A stretch of DNA of 64,000 nucleotides from positions 12,642 through 76,641 of the forward strand of contig JBEBBG010000015.1 of assembly GCA_041158505.1 (NCBI GenBank). The letters are read 5' to 3'. Origin of the DNA: Candidatus Parcubacteria bacterium (GTDB lineage: Bacteria > Patescibacteriota > Minisyncoccia > Phycocordibacterales > JAACPR01). Position numbers and translations under genes: made by a program. Below are positions 1-9,776 of the stretch, one piece after another (within the stretch, counting starts at the first letter, position 1; every line of letters starts with the position of its first letter). The notes beneath the pieces were generated by a model. The model was not told where the DNA came from. It did not search any database and saw only the letters and a program-made list of their open reading frames with translations.

Positions 1-170
1 ACAGCATTGCGCAGCGATTCACCAATAGGGGCAACGTCTCCCGTGAGAGGACCAATAAAGCCAACCTTAATTGGTCCAGTTTCGCTTGGGCCACTTTTTT
101 GAAAGACAGCAAATACTACGAGAACAACGACGCCTACGAGAGCTGTGATCCATTTCTTTGAATTACTCAT
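1..170 (-). CDS. ABC-transporter periplasmic substrate-binding protein (Leu/Ile/Val-binding type), N-terminal fragment; gene continues beyond window start
   Basis: Reverse-strand ATG at 168-170. Translation MSNSKKWITALVGVVVLVVFAVFQKSGPSETGPIKVGFIGPLTGDVAPIGESLRNA: signal/TM anchor followed by the IKVGxIGPLTG motif typical of LivJ-like binding proteins. Confidence 0.5.
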   Translation of the reverse strand, partial: MSNSKKWITALVGVVVLVVFAVFQKSGPSETGPIKVGFIGPLTGDVAPIGESLRNA

Positions 171-255
171 TACGGTTTTAGTTATGCATGGCTAAATATT
201 TAGTTGCAATAGTACGATTCTGGGCTGATTTTGTAAAATCCGCTTAGCTTACACA

Positions 256-290
256 CAAAAAGGCCGGCCCTTCGGGCCGGCCTTTTGTGT
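256..290 (-). terminator. Rho-independent terminator downstream of rpsT
   Basis: Hairpin ggccggccc-ttcg-gggccggcc flanked by an A-tract (plus strand) and T-tract; the minus-strand transcript ends in a U-run. Confidence 0.7.
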
Positions 291-307
291 TTTGAACGAA
301 ACGTTCG

Positions 308-580
308 TTACTTCGCTGCCTTTGCGCGCTTGATTGAAGCTGCGAGGCGTGACTTTCGTCGAGATGCGGTGTTCTTGGTAATGGTGTTCATCTTTGCAGC
401 CTTGTCGATTGCCTTGTATGCAGCTGCAAGCTGCTTCTCTGCTCCAGCAAAATCCTTTGCTGCAACAAGCTTCTCAACATCTTTGGTTGCTGCCTGAGCC
501 TTTCGGGTTCGGCGGATATTGAAGACACGCTTTTTGTCGGCGTTTCGTACGGCTTTCTTTGCTCCTTTTGTGATCGGCAT
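308..580 (-). CDS. rpsT: 30S ribosomal protein S20
   Basis: ATG at 580 gives MPITKGAKKAVRNADKKRVFNIRRTRKAQ..., a classic S20 N-terminus. The track ORF 308..664 carries a spurious 28-aa N-extension. Confidence 0.85.
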   Translation of the reverse strand: MPITKGAKKAVRNADKKRVFNIRRTRKAQAATKDVEKLVAAKDFAGAEKQLAAAYKAIDKAAKMNTITKNTASRRKSRLAASIKRAKAAK

Positions 581-670
581 AGTGCGGATACTGTACCAAA
601 GAAGCCCAAAAAAGCAAGGTCTCTGGAGCCGCGACAAAACCAGCGCCCTTGCAAAGAAAAACACCCCCGC

Positions 671-958
671 TCACGCGTTGGGGTGTTTGGGTGCACGGAA
701 TCGCTCTTCGCCGGGAAAAACCGGCGGATGGGTTTGGATGGGGCCAGTTTGATGGCCCCCACGAAGCGAACGCCGGGGTTCTACCCTGGCCGAGTGAATG
801 CGGCCATCCGGCACATTCGACGGCAGGATTTCTCCCACATTATCCTCTTCATCCCCCAACGCAAGACTTCGGTTCAGCTGGCGCTCGTGTCGAACGCTTG
901 CCAAAAAGCCGAAGATTGCGAGTGCGAGTCCGTACGCGAAATTGAAAACGTTGCGCAT
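671..958 (-). CDS. hypothetical small membrane protein (TM helix plus Pro/Arg-rich tail)
   Basis: ATG at 958-956 is preceded by GGAGGAGG (reverse complement of 960-970). N-terminus MRNVFNFAYGLALAIFGFLASV is hydrophobic. GC-rich, and both strands are open here, so uncertain. Confidence 0.3.
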   Translation of the reverse strand: MRNVFNFAYGLALAIFGFLASVRHERQLNRSLALGDEEDNVGEILPSNVPDGRIHSARVEPRRSLRGGHQTGPIQTHPPVFPGEERFRAPKHPNA

Positions 959-1042
959 ACTCCTCCTCCCTGTGAGCATACGTCACCTATAGAAAACGTC
1001 AATATGCCTTGAGAACGCCTCCTCGTGTATGATGGAACACAT

Positions 1043-1603
1043 ATGATTGCAAAGCTTCGCGGCACCGTTGATGAAGTTGGCGTCTCATCGCTTATCCTTG
1101 ATGTATCAGGGGTTGGCTACCTCGTCTTTGCACCCGGCAACGTGCTTGCCCACGTGCGCACCGGACAGGCAATCACCCTGTTCACCCACCACGCTATCCG
1201 CGAGCAATCATCAGACCTTTATGGATTCCTCGGGCAGGACGAGCTCTCATTCTTTGAGTTACTCCTCACCGTCTCGGGTATTGGTCCCAAATCAGCACTG
1301 GCAATTCTAAACACCGCACCGATTGAAACACTTCGTGAAGGTATTCAATCTGGTGACGCATCACACCTCACCAAAGTTGGAGGTATTGGCAAAAAGAGCG
1401 CAGAAAAGATTGTTGTTGAGCTCAAAGACAAGCTTGGTGGCTTTACCTACACAGGAGGAACAACTACAGGAAGCGGTGACGCAATTGAAGCGCTGACCGC
1501 CCTTGGCTACTCACTTGCAGAAGCTCGTGATGCAATTAAGCTAGTAGATAAAGACTTGTCGACCGAAGACATGGTCAAGCAAGCCCTTAAAACCTTACTG
1601 TAA
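1043..1603 (+). CDS. ruvA: Holliday junction DNA helicase subunit RuvA
   Basis: MIAKLRGTVDEVGVSSLILDVSGVGYLV...HHAIREQSSDLYGF...LLTVSGIGPKSALAIL is a RuvA OB-domain plus HhH signature. ATG at 1043 inside the track ORF 1025..1603. Confidence 0.85.
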   Translation: MIAKLRGTVDEVGVSSLILDVSGVGYLVFAPGNVLAHVRTGQAITLFTHHAIREQSSDLYGFLGQDELSFFELLLTVSGIGPKSALAILNTAPIETLREGIQSGDASHLTKVGGIGKKSAEKIVVELKDKLGGFTYTGGTTTGSGDAIEALTALGYSLAEARDAIKLVDKDLSTEDMVKQALKTLL

Positions 1604-1607
1604 TCCC

Positions 1608-2867
1608 ATGCTCGAAACACTACTGCGAACTACGCAAAAAATCATTCCAAAGAAGCTCTACCGTGCAGGGCAACCTTTGTATCACTGGTTACTAGCTCTT
1701 GCGGGCGCTGTTCGATACGGCTTTCCGTCGCGACATATCAAAATCGTTGGCATCACAGGAACCAAAGGAAAAACAACAACGAGTGAGCTTGTCGCCGCAG
1801 TCCTTCGAGCCGCGGGACACAAGGTTGCGCTTGCAAATGGTATTCACTTTGTCATTGGTGACACCGAAGAGCGAAACACCTACAAAATGTCGATGCCAGG
1901 ACGTTTCTTTGTACAGCGTTTTATCAAGCGAGCGGTTGATGCAAAGTGCGACTGGCTCGTGCTCGAAATGACATCAGAAGGCGCAAAGCAATTTCGCCAC
2001 AAATGGATCTTCCTTGATGCGTTTATCTTTACCAACATTGCACCAGAGCACATTGAATCACACGGTTCATACGAAAAGTACCAAGAAGCAAAGCTTGCGC
2101 TCGCCGCTTCACTCAAAAAAAACACCAAAGAAACATACCTTATCGCCAACCGCGATGACGAGCTTACACCGCGATTCCTCGCAATTGGGGCCGCACATAA
2201 TCACACCTTCTCGCTTGATGACGTTCGCCCATTTAAAGCAGACCACGGTATTGAGTTGCGTGTTGGTGGCAGCACGGTGTACTCAAAGCTTCACGGCGAG
2301 TTTAATGTAAAGAACATTTTAGCTGCACTCACCTTTGGAAACGCGCTTGGCATTTCTACCGCGGCACTTAAAGAAGGCATTGAATCTGTTGAGCGAGTTC
2401 CTGGACGGACCGAGCAAGTTATCGCAACACCATTTGAGGTCTACGTTGATTACGCACACACCCCAGACTCACTTCGAGCACTCTACAGCTCATTCCCCAA
2501 CCAAAAGAAAATTTGCGTCCTTGGTAACACAGGAGGCGGACGAGACACCTGGAAACGACCAGACATGGCGGAGATTGCAGACGAATACTGCGACCACATT
2601 ATTCTCACAGACGAGGATCCTTATGATGAGGACCCAGACGCAATCATTGCGCAAATGCGCGTTGCCATTGCCGACACGCCTTGCGACGTCATTATGGATC
2701 GACGTAGTGCAATTAACACGGCACTTCGTCATGCACAAAAGGGCGATGTCGTCCTTGTTACCGGAAAAGGTACTGATCCATTCATCATGCGAGCAAACGG
2801 CACGCGTGAACCATGGTCAGATGCAGACGTCGTCCGCGAGGAGTTTGCGTCAATTCACACCGTGTAG
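1608..2867 (+). CDS. Mur ligase family protein (MurE/MurF-like C-terminal motifs, short N-terminus)
   Basis: P-loop GITGTKGKTTT near residue 48; DYAHTPDSLRALY and GNTGGGRDTWKRPDM are Mur ligase central/C-terminal motifs. It lacks the long N-terminal domain of canonical MurE, so the exact specificity is unresolved. Confidence 0.65.
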   Translation: MLETLLRTTQKIIPKKLYRAGQPLYHWLLALAGAVRYGFPSRHIKIVGITGTKGKTTTSELVAAVLRAAGHKVALANGIHFVIGDTEERNTYKMSMPGRFFVQRFIKRAVDAKCDWLVLEMTSEGAKQFRHKWIFLDAFIFTNIAPEHIESHGSYEKYQEAKLALAASLKKNTKETYLIANRDDELTPRFLAIGAAHNHTFSLDDVRPFKADHGIELRVGGSTVYSKLHGEFNVKNILAALTFGNALGISTAALKEGIESVERVPGRTEQVIATPFEVYVDYAHTPDSLRALYSSFPNQKKICVLGNTGGGRDTWKRPDMAEIADEYCDHIILTDEDPYDEDPDAIIAQMRVAIADTPCDVIMDRRSAINTALRHAQKGDVVLVTGKGTDPFIMRANGTREPWSDADVVREEFASIHTV

Positions 2868-2878
2868 CATCGCTACGA

Positions 2879-3910
2879 CTACTCCTTAGTAGTAAGGAAT
2901 GTTTGCAGGGCGCGCACGGTTTGTTCTGCCATCGCCGCAAACGTTTGCGAACGACTCTTTCCCGCAATCTCAGGTTCATAAATAAAACCATACTCAACAA
3001 GCACGGCGGCTGGTTGCAGCGTATTAAAAGCCCCAGTGGCAATTAACTCTTTGCTTTCGATGATGCCGGCACCTTCTGCAGGTAGCGTTGATGGTGTCTG
3101 GACTGTAGCGAGCGCCTGATGCAGGTGCCGCGCGAGCCGAAGGCTCGCGCGGCCATTTGAATACTGCAAAGACGGTGTGTACACCGCAAACCCCTCATAC
3201 TTCCCCGGCTTCTTTGCAGGTCGACCAGGATAATCATTAAAGTGCACATGTAACACAATGTCGAACTGCTGCTCATTTGCAAACAAGTTGATACCGTACA
3301 ACGTGCGCACCACAGGGGCAGCCGCGTCGTTGTGTTCTACGTTTTTATCACTTGTAATATCAAGCACAGGCTCAAGCACCGTTGTCAGCAGTTTATGCTC
3401 TTCTATAAATGCCTCGATTACCTCCTCCTCAGCATCGAGGAATGTTTCCAATGCTGGCACAAACCCCTCGTCAGTTGCGGCAAGCACAACAGTAAAACCC
3501 TCATCGGCGGCAAGTTCGTTTGCAATACGTGCCGCGAGCTCTCGAGTAAGATCAACCTCTCGAAGCATTTTGTACTGTGCACCCACATAGATGTCATCAT
3601 GACCAGGCACCACTAAAACCCTGACTGGCCCCTGCGCTGCCTCAGCACGAACCACGCCAATCACCGAAGCAAACTGCCCCACTTCGCGTGCCTCTGTAAA
3701 TAAAAAACCACTTTCCTGACGTGCTTGCCTGTATCGCACTTGGAGTGCTTCTGTATCCACCGTCTCACGAAAGTAACCACTCTCCTGCAAAGCGTGCGCC
3801 ACCGGAGTCACTGGCACGGCCTCTGGCAGCATATCACTTGGTGTTTGTGACGCCCACGCAGCAGCAAGCACAAGCAAAAGTCCCCAGACGACAAACACAT
3901 CAAATCGCAT
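2879..3910 (-). CDS. N-acetylmuramoyl-L-alanine amidase (Amidase_3 family), secreted
   Basis: True start is MRFDVFVVWGLLLVLAAAWA (signal peptide; ATG at 3910). VLVVPGHDDIYVGA...DLTRELAARI, VLHVHFND...GFAVYTP and AAVLVEYGFI match Amidase_3 blocks. The track ORF is N-extended to 4075. Confidence 0.65.
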   Translation of the reverse strand: MRFDVFVVWGLLLVLAAAWASQTPSDMLPEAVPVTPVAHALQESGYFRETVDTEALQVRYRQARQESGFLFTEAREVGQFASVIGVVRAEAAQGPVRVLVVPGHDDIYVGAQYKMLREVDLTRELAARIANELAADEGFTVVLAATDEGFVPALETFLDAEEEVIEAFIEEHKLLTTVLEPVLDITSDKNVEHNDAAAPVVRTLYGINLFANEQQFDIVLHVHFNDYPGRPAKKPGKYEGFAVYTPSLQYSNGRASLRLARHLHQALATVQTPSTLPAEGAGIIESKELIATGAFNTLQPAAVLVEYGFIYEPEIAGKSRSQTFAAMAEQTVRALQTFLTTKE

Positions 3911-3975
3911 GTCATATTCTATCGCGTGAAGTCGCCCTTGCACCAACCTCAAATGCCTCGTATGCTCAAAAAACC

Positions 3976-4920
3976 ATGCCTGAGCTTCCAGAAGTACACA
4001 CGACCGCGACCGAGCTTCGAAAGCTCGTTGTTGGAAAGACAATCGCTGACGTATGGGGTGGCTACAACTCACCACACTACTACGGCAAAGAACAGGTTAA
4101 AGATCCAGTGTATTTCAAAACCTTTAAAAAAGAGGTTATTGGAACAACCATTACCGACACGGGGCGCGTTGGTAAAAACGTGCTCATACACCTCAATACT
4201 GGCAAGACAATTCTTGTACACATGAAAATGACCGGCCACCTCCTCTACGGTGTGTACACATACAGCACGAAGCAAGCGACATGGTTTGCGACAGAGGAAG
4301 GGCCGCTTCGAGATGATCCGTGGAATGGATTTATTCGACTTGTCTTCTCGTTTAGTGATGGCACACACCTCGCACTTTCAGATTTACGGAAGTTCGCAAA
4401 AGTCACCCTCCTCAGCACAAACGAGTTAGAAACACATCCCGACCTTGCAGTACTTGGCCCCGACCCACTTGAGCAAACATTTTCATACAAAATCTTTTCT
4501 GAACGCCTAAAGCAGCGACCGCGCACACCAGTCAAGCAAGCACTGATGGATCAAACGCTCATCGCTGGTGTCGGCAACATTTACTCAGACGAAGCGCTTT
4601 GGCTTGCGGGCATCAATCCACACACACCGGTCGCAGCGCTTTCTCCAGCAGAAATGAAAAAGCTATTTACCGCTGTTCAAAACATTCTAAAAACAGGTAT
4701 TGATTTTCGTGGCGACTCTACATCTGACTACCGAACCCCAAATGGCCTCCCGGGCGCCTTTCAGCACGAGCACCAGGTGTACCGACGCACAAAAAAACCA
4801 TGCACCAAGAAAAGTTGCACCGGCACCATCAATCGGTCAGTCATCGGCGGACGAAGCGCGCACTACTGCCCCACCTGCCAACCATCCGTCACAAAAAGAA
4901 AAACTCGCAAACGTAACTAA
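3976..4920 (+). CDS. mutM: formamidopyrimidine-DNA glycosylase
   Basis: ATG at 3976 gives MPELPEVHTTATELRKLVVGKTI (Fpg N-terminal Pro2/Glu3 catalytic motif). C-terminal zinc finger CPTCQ. The track ORF starts upstream at 3721. Confidence 0.85.
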   Translation: MPELPEVHTTATELRKLVVGKTIADVWGGYNSPHYYGKEQVKDPVYFKTFKKEVIGTTITDTGRVGKNVLIHLNTGKTILVHMKMTGHLLYGVYTYSTKQATWFATEEGPLRDDPWNGFIRLVFSFSDGTHLALSDLRKFAKVTLLSTNELETHPDLAVLGPDPLEQTFSYKIFSERLKQRPRTPVKQALMDQTLIAGVGNIYSDEALWLAGINPHTPVAALSPAEMKKLFTAVQNILKTGIDFRGDSTSDYRTPNGLPGAFQHEHQVYRRTKKPCTKKSCTGTINRSVIGGRSAHYCPTCQPSVTKRKTRKRN

Positions 4921-4954
4921 GCGAGTATTGTGGAGCGTTCGAGCGCATGCTGCC

Positions 4955-5557
4955 TTATGGATCATCTGGATCGATAATCAAATCAGCATCACCTCTTTCA
5001 ACATCTGGTAGGCCATCCCCGAAAAGTGGTGACGGATAGAAAATGCGAGAACCTGTTGGTATACAACCAGACGGTCGCGAGACAGGTTCTGCATCAAGCA
5101 CCCAGCCTTCATTGTGATTGCTTCCGGTAAACACAATACTCACAATCACATCCTTACCAAACCGGTCAGGGATGTAGAAAATGTTTGACATGAGGGCTGT
5201 CCGCAGCAACGGGCCAATCGTGCTACCAAACACTCCGTGCATCTGAAGCAGCCTGAAAATGATTTCTGCAGAAAGTCGTGCCAGCTCAATACCGCCGATC
5301 TTGGCAAGCATGTCTCGATGTGACACAAGGCTGTTTATACGAATAGACATCACACGGACCGGCTTCCAGGAACGACAAATAACTCCAGGGTCATGAGTCA
5401 CATGACGCATAAACGCATCAGTCATGCGCACAATAGGCAGTGACGCTCGAGGATCATCCTTGAGGACAAATCTGCGAGCAGCACAGAAGGGACGTTGCAA
5501 TGGTTGCAAGTCAAACGTGGAACGCTCAAGCACAAAAGGATCTTTTTTCTTTGCCAT
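4955..5557 (-). CDS. hypothetical protein
   Basis: Clean 200-aa ORF convergent with mutM; no motif I can assign confidently (weak xPSPL-like element near the C-terminus only). Confidence 0.5.
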   Translation of the reverse strand: MAKKKDPFVLERSTFDLQPLQRPFCAARRFVLKDDPRASLPIVRMTDAFMRHVTHDPGVICRSWKPVRVMSIRINSLVSHRDMLAKIGGIELARLSAEIIFRLLQMHGVFGSTIGPLLRTALMSNIFYIPDRFGKDVIVSIVFTGSNHNEGWVLDAEPVSRPSGCIPTGSRIFYPSPLFGDGLPDVERGDADLIIDPDDP

Positions 5558-5601
5558 ACATTAAGACAAGAGTGATTTCCTTGACGCTACCGCGCCACCC
5601 A

Positions 5602-6081
5602 CTACCTGTCAAATAAACGAAAAAGTGCGATTCCGGTGGCAACAGAAACATTTAGGGATTCTTTCATCCCGCGCATTGGAATCTCAATCACCGTATCCGC
5701 ACGCACAAGCGCTTCCTTAGAAACACCTTCCACCTCATTACCAACGATGAGCACAACGCGCTCGTTGGGGACAATATATTTATAGTCCACTGAATCAGTA
5801 GTCTGCTCAAGCGCAAGCAGCTGAAACCCATCTGCACGCAGTGTCTCAAGGATCGGCACAATCTCTGGAACCGATTTCCATACCACTCGCTGCTCGGCGC
5901 CAAGCGCACTCTTCACCACATCTTTCTGCGGCCTTCCAAAACGATCAATCGGCGCAGGTGTATATCCAACCAAGATAATCGTATCAATACCAATCGCGTC
6001 AGCAGTCCGAAACATCGCCCCGACGTTTTGAGCGCTACGAATATTTTCCAAAATAAGGATTTTTTGCGTATTTAGGGTCAT
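5602..6081 (-). CDS. SpoU/TrmH-family RNA 2'-O-methyltransferase (TrmL-like)
   Basis: 159 aa; SAQNVGAMFRTADAIGID...LVGNEVEGVS...IPMRGMKESLNVSVATGIALF are the three SPOUT motifs. Confidence 0.75.
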   Translation of the reverse strand: MTLNTQKILILENIRSAQNVGAMFRTADAIGIDTIILVGYTPAPIDRFGRPQKDVVKSALGAEQRVVWKSVPEIVPILETLRADGFQLLALEQTTDSVDYKYIVPNERVVLIVGNEVEGVSKEALVRADTVIEIPMRGMKESLNVSVATGIALFRLFDR

Positions 6082-6114
6082 TGGGTATAGTATGGCAGCT
6101 ATACTACACAGATT

Positions 6115-6519
6115 ATGGTAAATGTCTTCCCAACACTACTTTCATTTAGTGCTTTCGCCCCACTCCTGCTGCGGGCGTCTCTTGGTATAACTCTGATTGT
6201 CTTTGCACTACAGATGATGAAGAGTAAGCGCATCGGCATGACCGCGTACTTTGAGGCAAATGGCTACCCCGTAGCGGCTGTCCTTCCATTCCTCCTTGGC
6301 CTTATCTCCTTCTTGTCTGGTCTCTTTCTTATTTTTGGTTTCTTTACACAAGTTGCCGCACTCACAACGTTCTACGTGTTCCTCAACATGATGTACATTG
6401 AGCGCCGAGATGAGAAACTCTTTACGTTCACGCAGCCCGCATACCTACTGCTTCTCATCATCGCCACATCGCTTCTCTTTAGTGGTGCTGGCGCCTGGTC
6501 CCTCGACCTCGCCGTGTAG
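6115..6519 (+). CDS. DoxX-family membrane protein
   Basis: 134 aa with four hydrophobic segments; size and topology fit DoxX. Confidence 0.55.
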   Translation: MVNVFPTLLSFSAFAPLLLRASLGITLIVFALQMMKSKRIGMTAYFEANGYPVAAVLPFLLGLISFLSGLFLIFGFFTQVAALTTFYVFLNMMYIERRDEKLFTFTQPAYLLLLIIATSLLFSGAGAWSLDLAV

Positions 6520-6567
6520 CGCTAGCATTTCTGAGCGAAAAATTGTACTCTAGACCACACACCATAT

Positions 6568-6640
6568 CCGCCCATAGCTCAGTCGGTAGAGCAGCAGCCT
6601 TTTAAGCTGACGGTCGCAGGTTCGATCCCTGCTGGGCGGA
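6568..6640 (+). tRNA. tRNA-Lys (anticodon TTT)
   Basis: Acceptor stem ccgccca/tgggcgg, D-arm agctcagtcggtagagc, anticodon loop cuUUUaa, T-arm gcaggttcgatccctgc. Confidence 0.85.
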
Positions 6641-6668
6641 CAAGAACATACAACGTTTCGAAAGGTTT

Positions 6669-7379
6669 TTATATAGCAAGAAGCAACCGTTCGAGCGCAA
6701 TAGAAAAATCGTGCGTACCACGACGTGCCTCGTGCGACACCTCAATGAGTGCGCGCGACAGGTGTAGAAGCTCTGTTTCGGTGTAGTTTTTTGCGAACCG
6801 TTTTGCCTTTCCAAAAGGAAACGTTTTCATTCCTGCGTCATCTGCGTCTTTTGCCCGAACGGCGAGCAGCATACTCTTCACCTGCCAAAAGAGAACACCG
6901 TGGATTTCTTCAACCGCGGCATTACTGAGCGCATCAATGTACCCAACCCACAACCGCTTCTTGTCTCGTTCACCAAGTGCATCTGCAAGTGGAAAGAGGT
7001 TGTACTCGACTTTTTGTTTTTCAGACGCACCTTTACACTCCTGCACCTTTGCAGCGTGCTTTTCTATTTTTTTAAGATCAGCAGCAGTTACAGACGCCTC
7101 AACCCAAATAAATACATTAGGAGATTCGGCGAGCTCTTTGAGCGCCCCAAGCACCATGCTCGAAACATCATCTCGATCAAACACACGCCGAAGCTCCACG
7201 ATGTACCGCTCAGAAAAAAGACCTTGCCCACCAACGAATTCCTGAAACTCAGCATCGCTCCAGTGATCGCTATCAAGCTTAAATCGAGCAGCGTTTGGTT
7301 GGCGCGACAGAAGTGCGTCGACGGTTAGTCGCGCCTTGGCAACCGCTTTTGTCATGTCGCCGTAAATAAAGTAGAGCAT
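6669..7379 (-). CDS. holA: DNA polymerase III delta subunit-like (HolA-like, short form)
   Basis: MLYFIYGD... N-terminus and LFWQVKSMLLAV-type helical region resemble delta; 236 aa is short versus canonical HolA. Confidence 0.45.
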   Translation of the reverse strand: MLYFIYGDMTKAVAKARLTVDALLSRQPNAARFKLDSDHWSDAEFQEFVGGQGLFSERYIVELRRVFDRDDVSSMVLGALKELAESPNVFIWVEASVTAADLKKIEKHAAKVQECKGASEKQKVEYNLFPLADALGERDKKRLWVGYIDALSNAAVEEIHGVLFWQVKSMLLAVRAKDADDAGMKTFPFGKAKRFAKNYTETELLHLSRALIEVSHEARRGTHDFSIALERLLLAI

Positions 7380-7397
7380 ACCTACAGTATATCGTTT

Positions 7398-9776
7398 CTA
7401 TAATCGTTTGAGCTCACCCCAACTCGTCCCCGCCGCTGCCTCAACCACCAGCGGCACACCATGTCCCCACTCACTCGGAAGCACTCCTTCCATAATTACT
7501 TTGAGTTTTGGCACCACCTCGAGCACCTTGCTCTCCGTAACTTCAAACACAAGTTCATCATGCACCTGAAGCAGCAGCTGTACGTCTTTAGAAAGTTGTT
7601 CCTCTTTCAGAAATGCTGCAACCCGCACCATCGCAAGCTTAATAATGTCTGCTTCTGCTCCTTGAATCGGCGCGTTAATTGCCATACGCTCAGCCTGTGC
7701 CCGAATAAAGGGTAGTGATGACTGGATACCCTCAAAGTATCGGCGCCGCCCAAACATGGTGGTTACGTACCCCTGACGCGCAGCAAGCTTTTTTGTGTCG
7801 TCGAGGTACGCCGCGAGTTTAGTGAACGTATTGAAGTACTCATCATAAAACTGCTGCGCCTCCTTACGATCGGTTTTCAAATTTTTCTGCAGTGCAGAGA
7901 CACCCATGCCGTAGAGAATGCCGAAATTGATTGTCTTTGCCTTGGTGCGCATCGCCTTGGTAACCTCGTCGACAGGAACCTTAAAGACGAATGATGCAAC
8001 ACTCGAGTGAATATCATTCCCGTTCGTAAATGACTCAATCAACTTAGGATCACGCGACAGCATTGCCGCAATGCGTAGCTCAACCTGCGAGTAATCAATG
8101 GCAAGCAGCCGCTTCCCTTTTGGTGCCACAAATGCATTTCGAATTCGACGCCCAAGCTCAGTCTTTGTTGGAATATTTTGAATATTTGGATCATGTGATG
8201 CCATACGGCCCGTGGTGCTGCCCGCCTGCAAAAAGGTTGTGTGCAAACGACCATCCTTCCCGAGCTGCTCTGGTAACTTGTCGATGTACGTACCGAGGAG
8301 TTTTGCGAGCTCACGATACTGCATAATCTTTTCGGCAATTGGATGCACGTCGACAAGCTTTTCGAGCACATCTTCTTTGGTTGAGTATGCGCCCGCAGAA
8401 GTCTTTCGCATGCCCGCATACTTGAGCCCCATCTTTGTAAATAAAACTTCAGCGAGTTGCTTTGGAGAATTAACGTTAAACTCCTCGCCTGCAAGCGCAA
8501 AAATTTCTTTCTCAAGCTTCTTAAGCTCAGCTGTGTACTCTTTTGAAAGAGCTTTGAGCACCTTTGTATCAACGGCAATACCGACCTCGTGCATTTTCTC
8601 AAGCACGGGGATGAGCGGCTTTTCAATATCTTCATACACCATCGTAAGACCTTGTTGCTCAATATCTTTGAGGACACGTTCTTTTGCTATGCTCCACGAC
8701 TCCGTCTTTGCACCATGAAGCACGTCTTGTACCGTTGGGTTTGTTGCAGATGAGTTGAGCAACCAAAACGCAAGTGCAATTTCCTTTTGCTCCCGAGGAT
8801 CAATAGCCGCCTGCGACAAAGCTTCTTCTTTACTCGTTTCACCATCGCCAAAAAGTGTGTGCACTCGTTCGATAAGCGAACGAAACTCAAGCTCCCGAAA
8901 GAGCGCCGTCATGCTCGTCAGCGGTGGTGCCTCAAACCATGATGTATTGGGAACTTCAATCGTAACAGGCGCATCTCGCCGAATCGTTGCAAGCATCTTA
9001 CTAAATGCTGCCTCTTCGCGGTGCTCCTCAAGAAGCGTGATGATGCGTGGTGTAATGCCTGCGATTTTCAAACGCTCATCGCTCGCATCAACTGCTTCGT
9101 AGAGCGCCTCGATGGTGCCAAACGTTGCAAGGAGTGTCGTGGCAGTTTTTTCACCAATGCCCGGCACGCCGATGATGTTGTCTGACGGATCGCCGCGAAG
9201 TCCTTTGAAGTCGACAAGTTGTGCCGGCGAAAAACCAAAGCGCTCGCGGACCGCATCCTCATCGTAGGTGACCGTATCTTTAATTCCCTTCCGAAGAGTG
9301 AAGACACGTACCTGCGTGCCGAGCACGAGCTGCATCGTGTCCATGTCGCCCGACGCGATGATAATTTCGTACGAAGGATTTGCCGCGAGCTGCGTCACTG
9401 CCGTACCAATAATGTCGTCAGCTTCAAATCCTTCCGCTTCGTAAATCGGAATATTGAATGCTTTAAAGACATCACGTGCCCGGTTGAGCTGCTTACTCAA
9501 GTTTTCATCGAGGGCTTTTCGTCCTGATTTGTAGTCGGCATACGCTTCGTGTCGATACGTTGGTTTCGGCAAATCAAATGCTGCAACCATAAAATCTGGT
9601 TTGAACTGATTAATGATCGACATCAGCATCGTCGAGAGACCGTAGAGCGCGCCCGTTGGTTCACCTGTCGACGAGGTAAAGTCCGGCAACGCGTGGTATG
9701 CACGATGAATAATCGCGTGTGCATCAAAGAGCACAATTTTTTTATTACTGTGTTTAGGTTGTGCTGGCATAGGCAA
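7398..9776 (-). CDS. polA: DNA polymerase I (5'-3' exonuclease plus polymerase domains)
   Basis: N-terminal FEN-like region (GLRGDPSDNIIGVPGIGEKTA); polymerase motifs RRRYFEGIQSS, NAPIQGAEADIIK, LLLQVHDELVFEV. Confidence 0.9.
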   Translation of the reverse strand: MPMPAQPKHSNKKIVLFDAHAIIHRAYHALPDFTSSTGEPTGALYGLSTMLMSIINQFKPDFMVAAFDLPKPTYRHEAYADYKSGRKALDENLSKQLNRARDVFKAFNIPIYEAEGFEADDIIGTAVTQLAANPSYEIIIASGDMDTMQLVLGTQVRVFTLRKGIKDTVTYDEDAVRERFGFSPAQLVDFKGLRGDPSDNIIGVPGIGEKTATTLLATFGTIEALYEAVDASDERLKIAGITPRIITLLEEHREEAAFSKMLATIRRDAPVTIEVPNTSWFEAPPLTSMTALFRELEFRSLIERVHTLFGDGETSKEEALSQAAIDPREQKEIALAFWLLNSSATNPTVQDVLHGAKTESWSIAKERVLKDIEQQGLTMVYEDIEKPLIPVLEKMHEVGIAVDTKVLKALSKEYTAELKKLEKEIFALAGEEFNVNSPKQLAEVLFTKMGLKYAGMRKTSAGAYSTKEDVLEKLVDVHPIAEKIMQYRELAKLLGTYIDKLPEQLGKDGRLHTTFLQAGSTTGRMASHDPNIQNIPTKTELGRRIRNAFVAPKGKRLLAIDYSQVELRIAAMLSRDPKLIESFTNGNDIHSSVASFVFKVPVDEVTKAMRTKAKTINFGILYGMGVSALQKNLKTDRKEAQQFYDEYFNTFTKLAAYLDDTKKLAARQGYVTTMFGRRRYFEGIQSSLPFIRAQAERMAINAPIQGAEADIIKLAMVRVAAFLKEEQLSKDVQLLLQVHDELVFEVTESKVLEVVPKLKVIMEGVLPSEWGHGVPLVVEAAAGTSWGELKRL

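Noticed and set aside
795-835. tmRNA-like 5' motif (aUUCGACGGcAGGAUUU)
   Set aside because: No tRNA-like acceptor or T-arm 300-400 nt downstream (that span is ruvA coding); judged coincidental.
8039-8718. Several 160-210 aa ORFs on both strands inside polA
   Set aside because: Shadow frames of a well-supported 792-aa DNA polymerase I gene.
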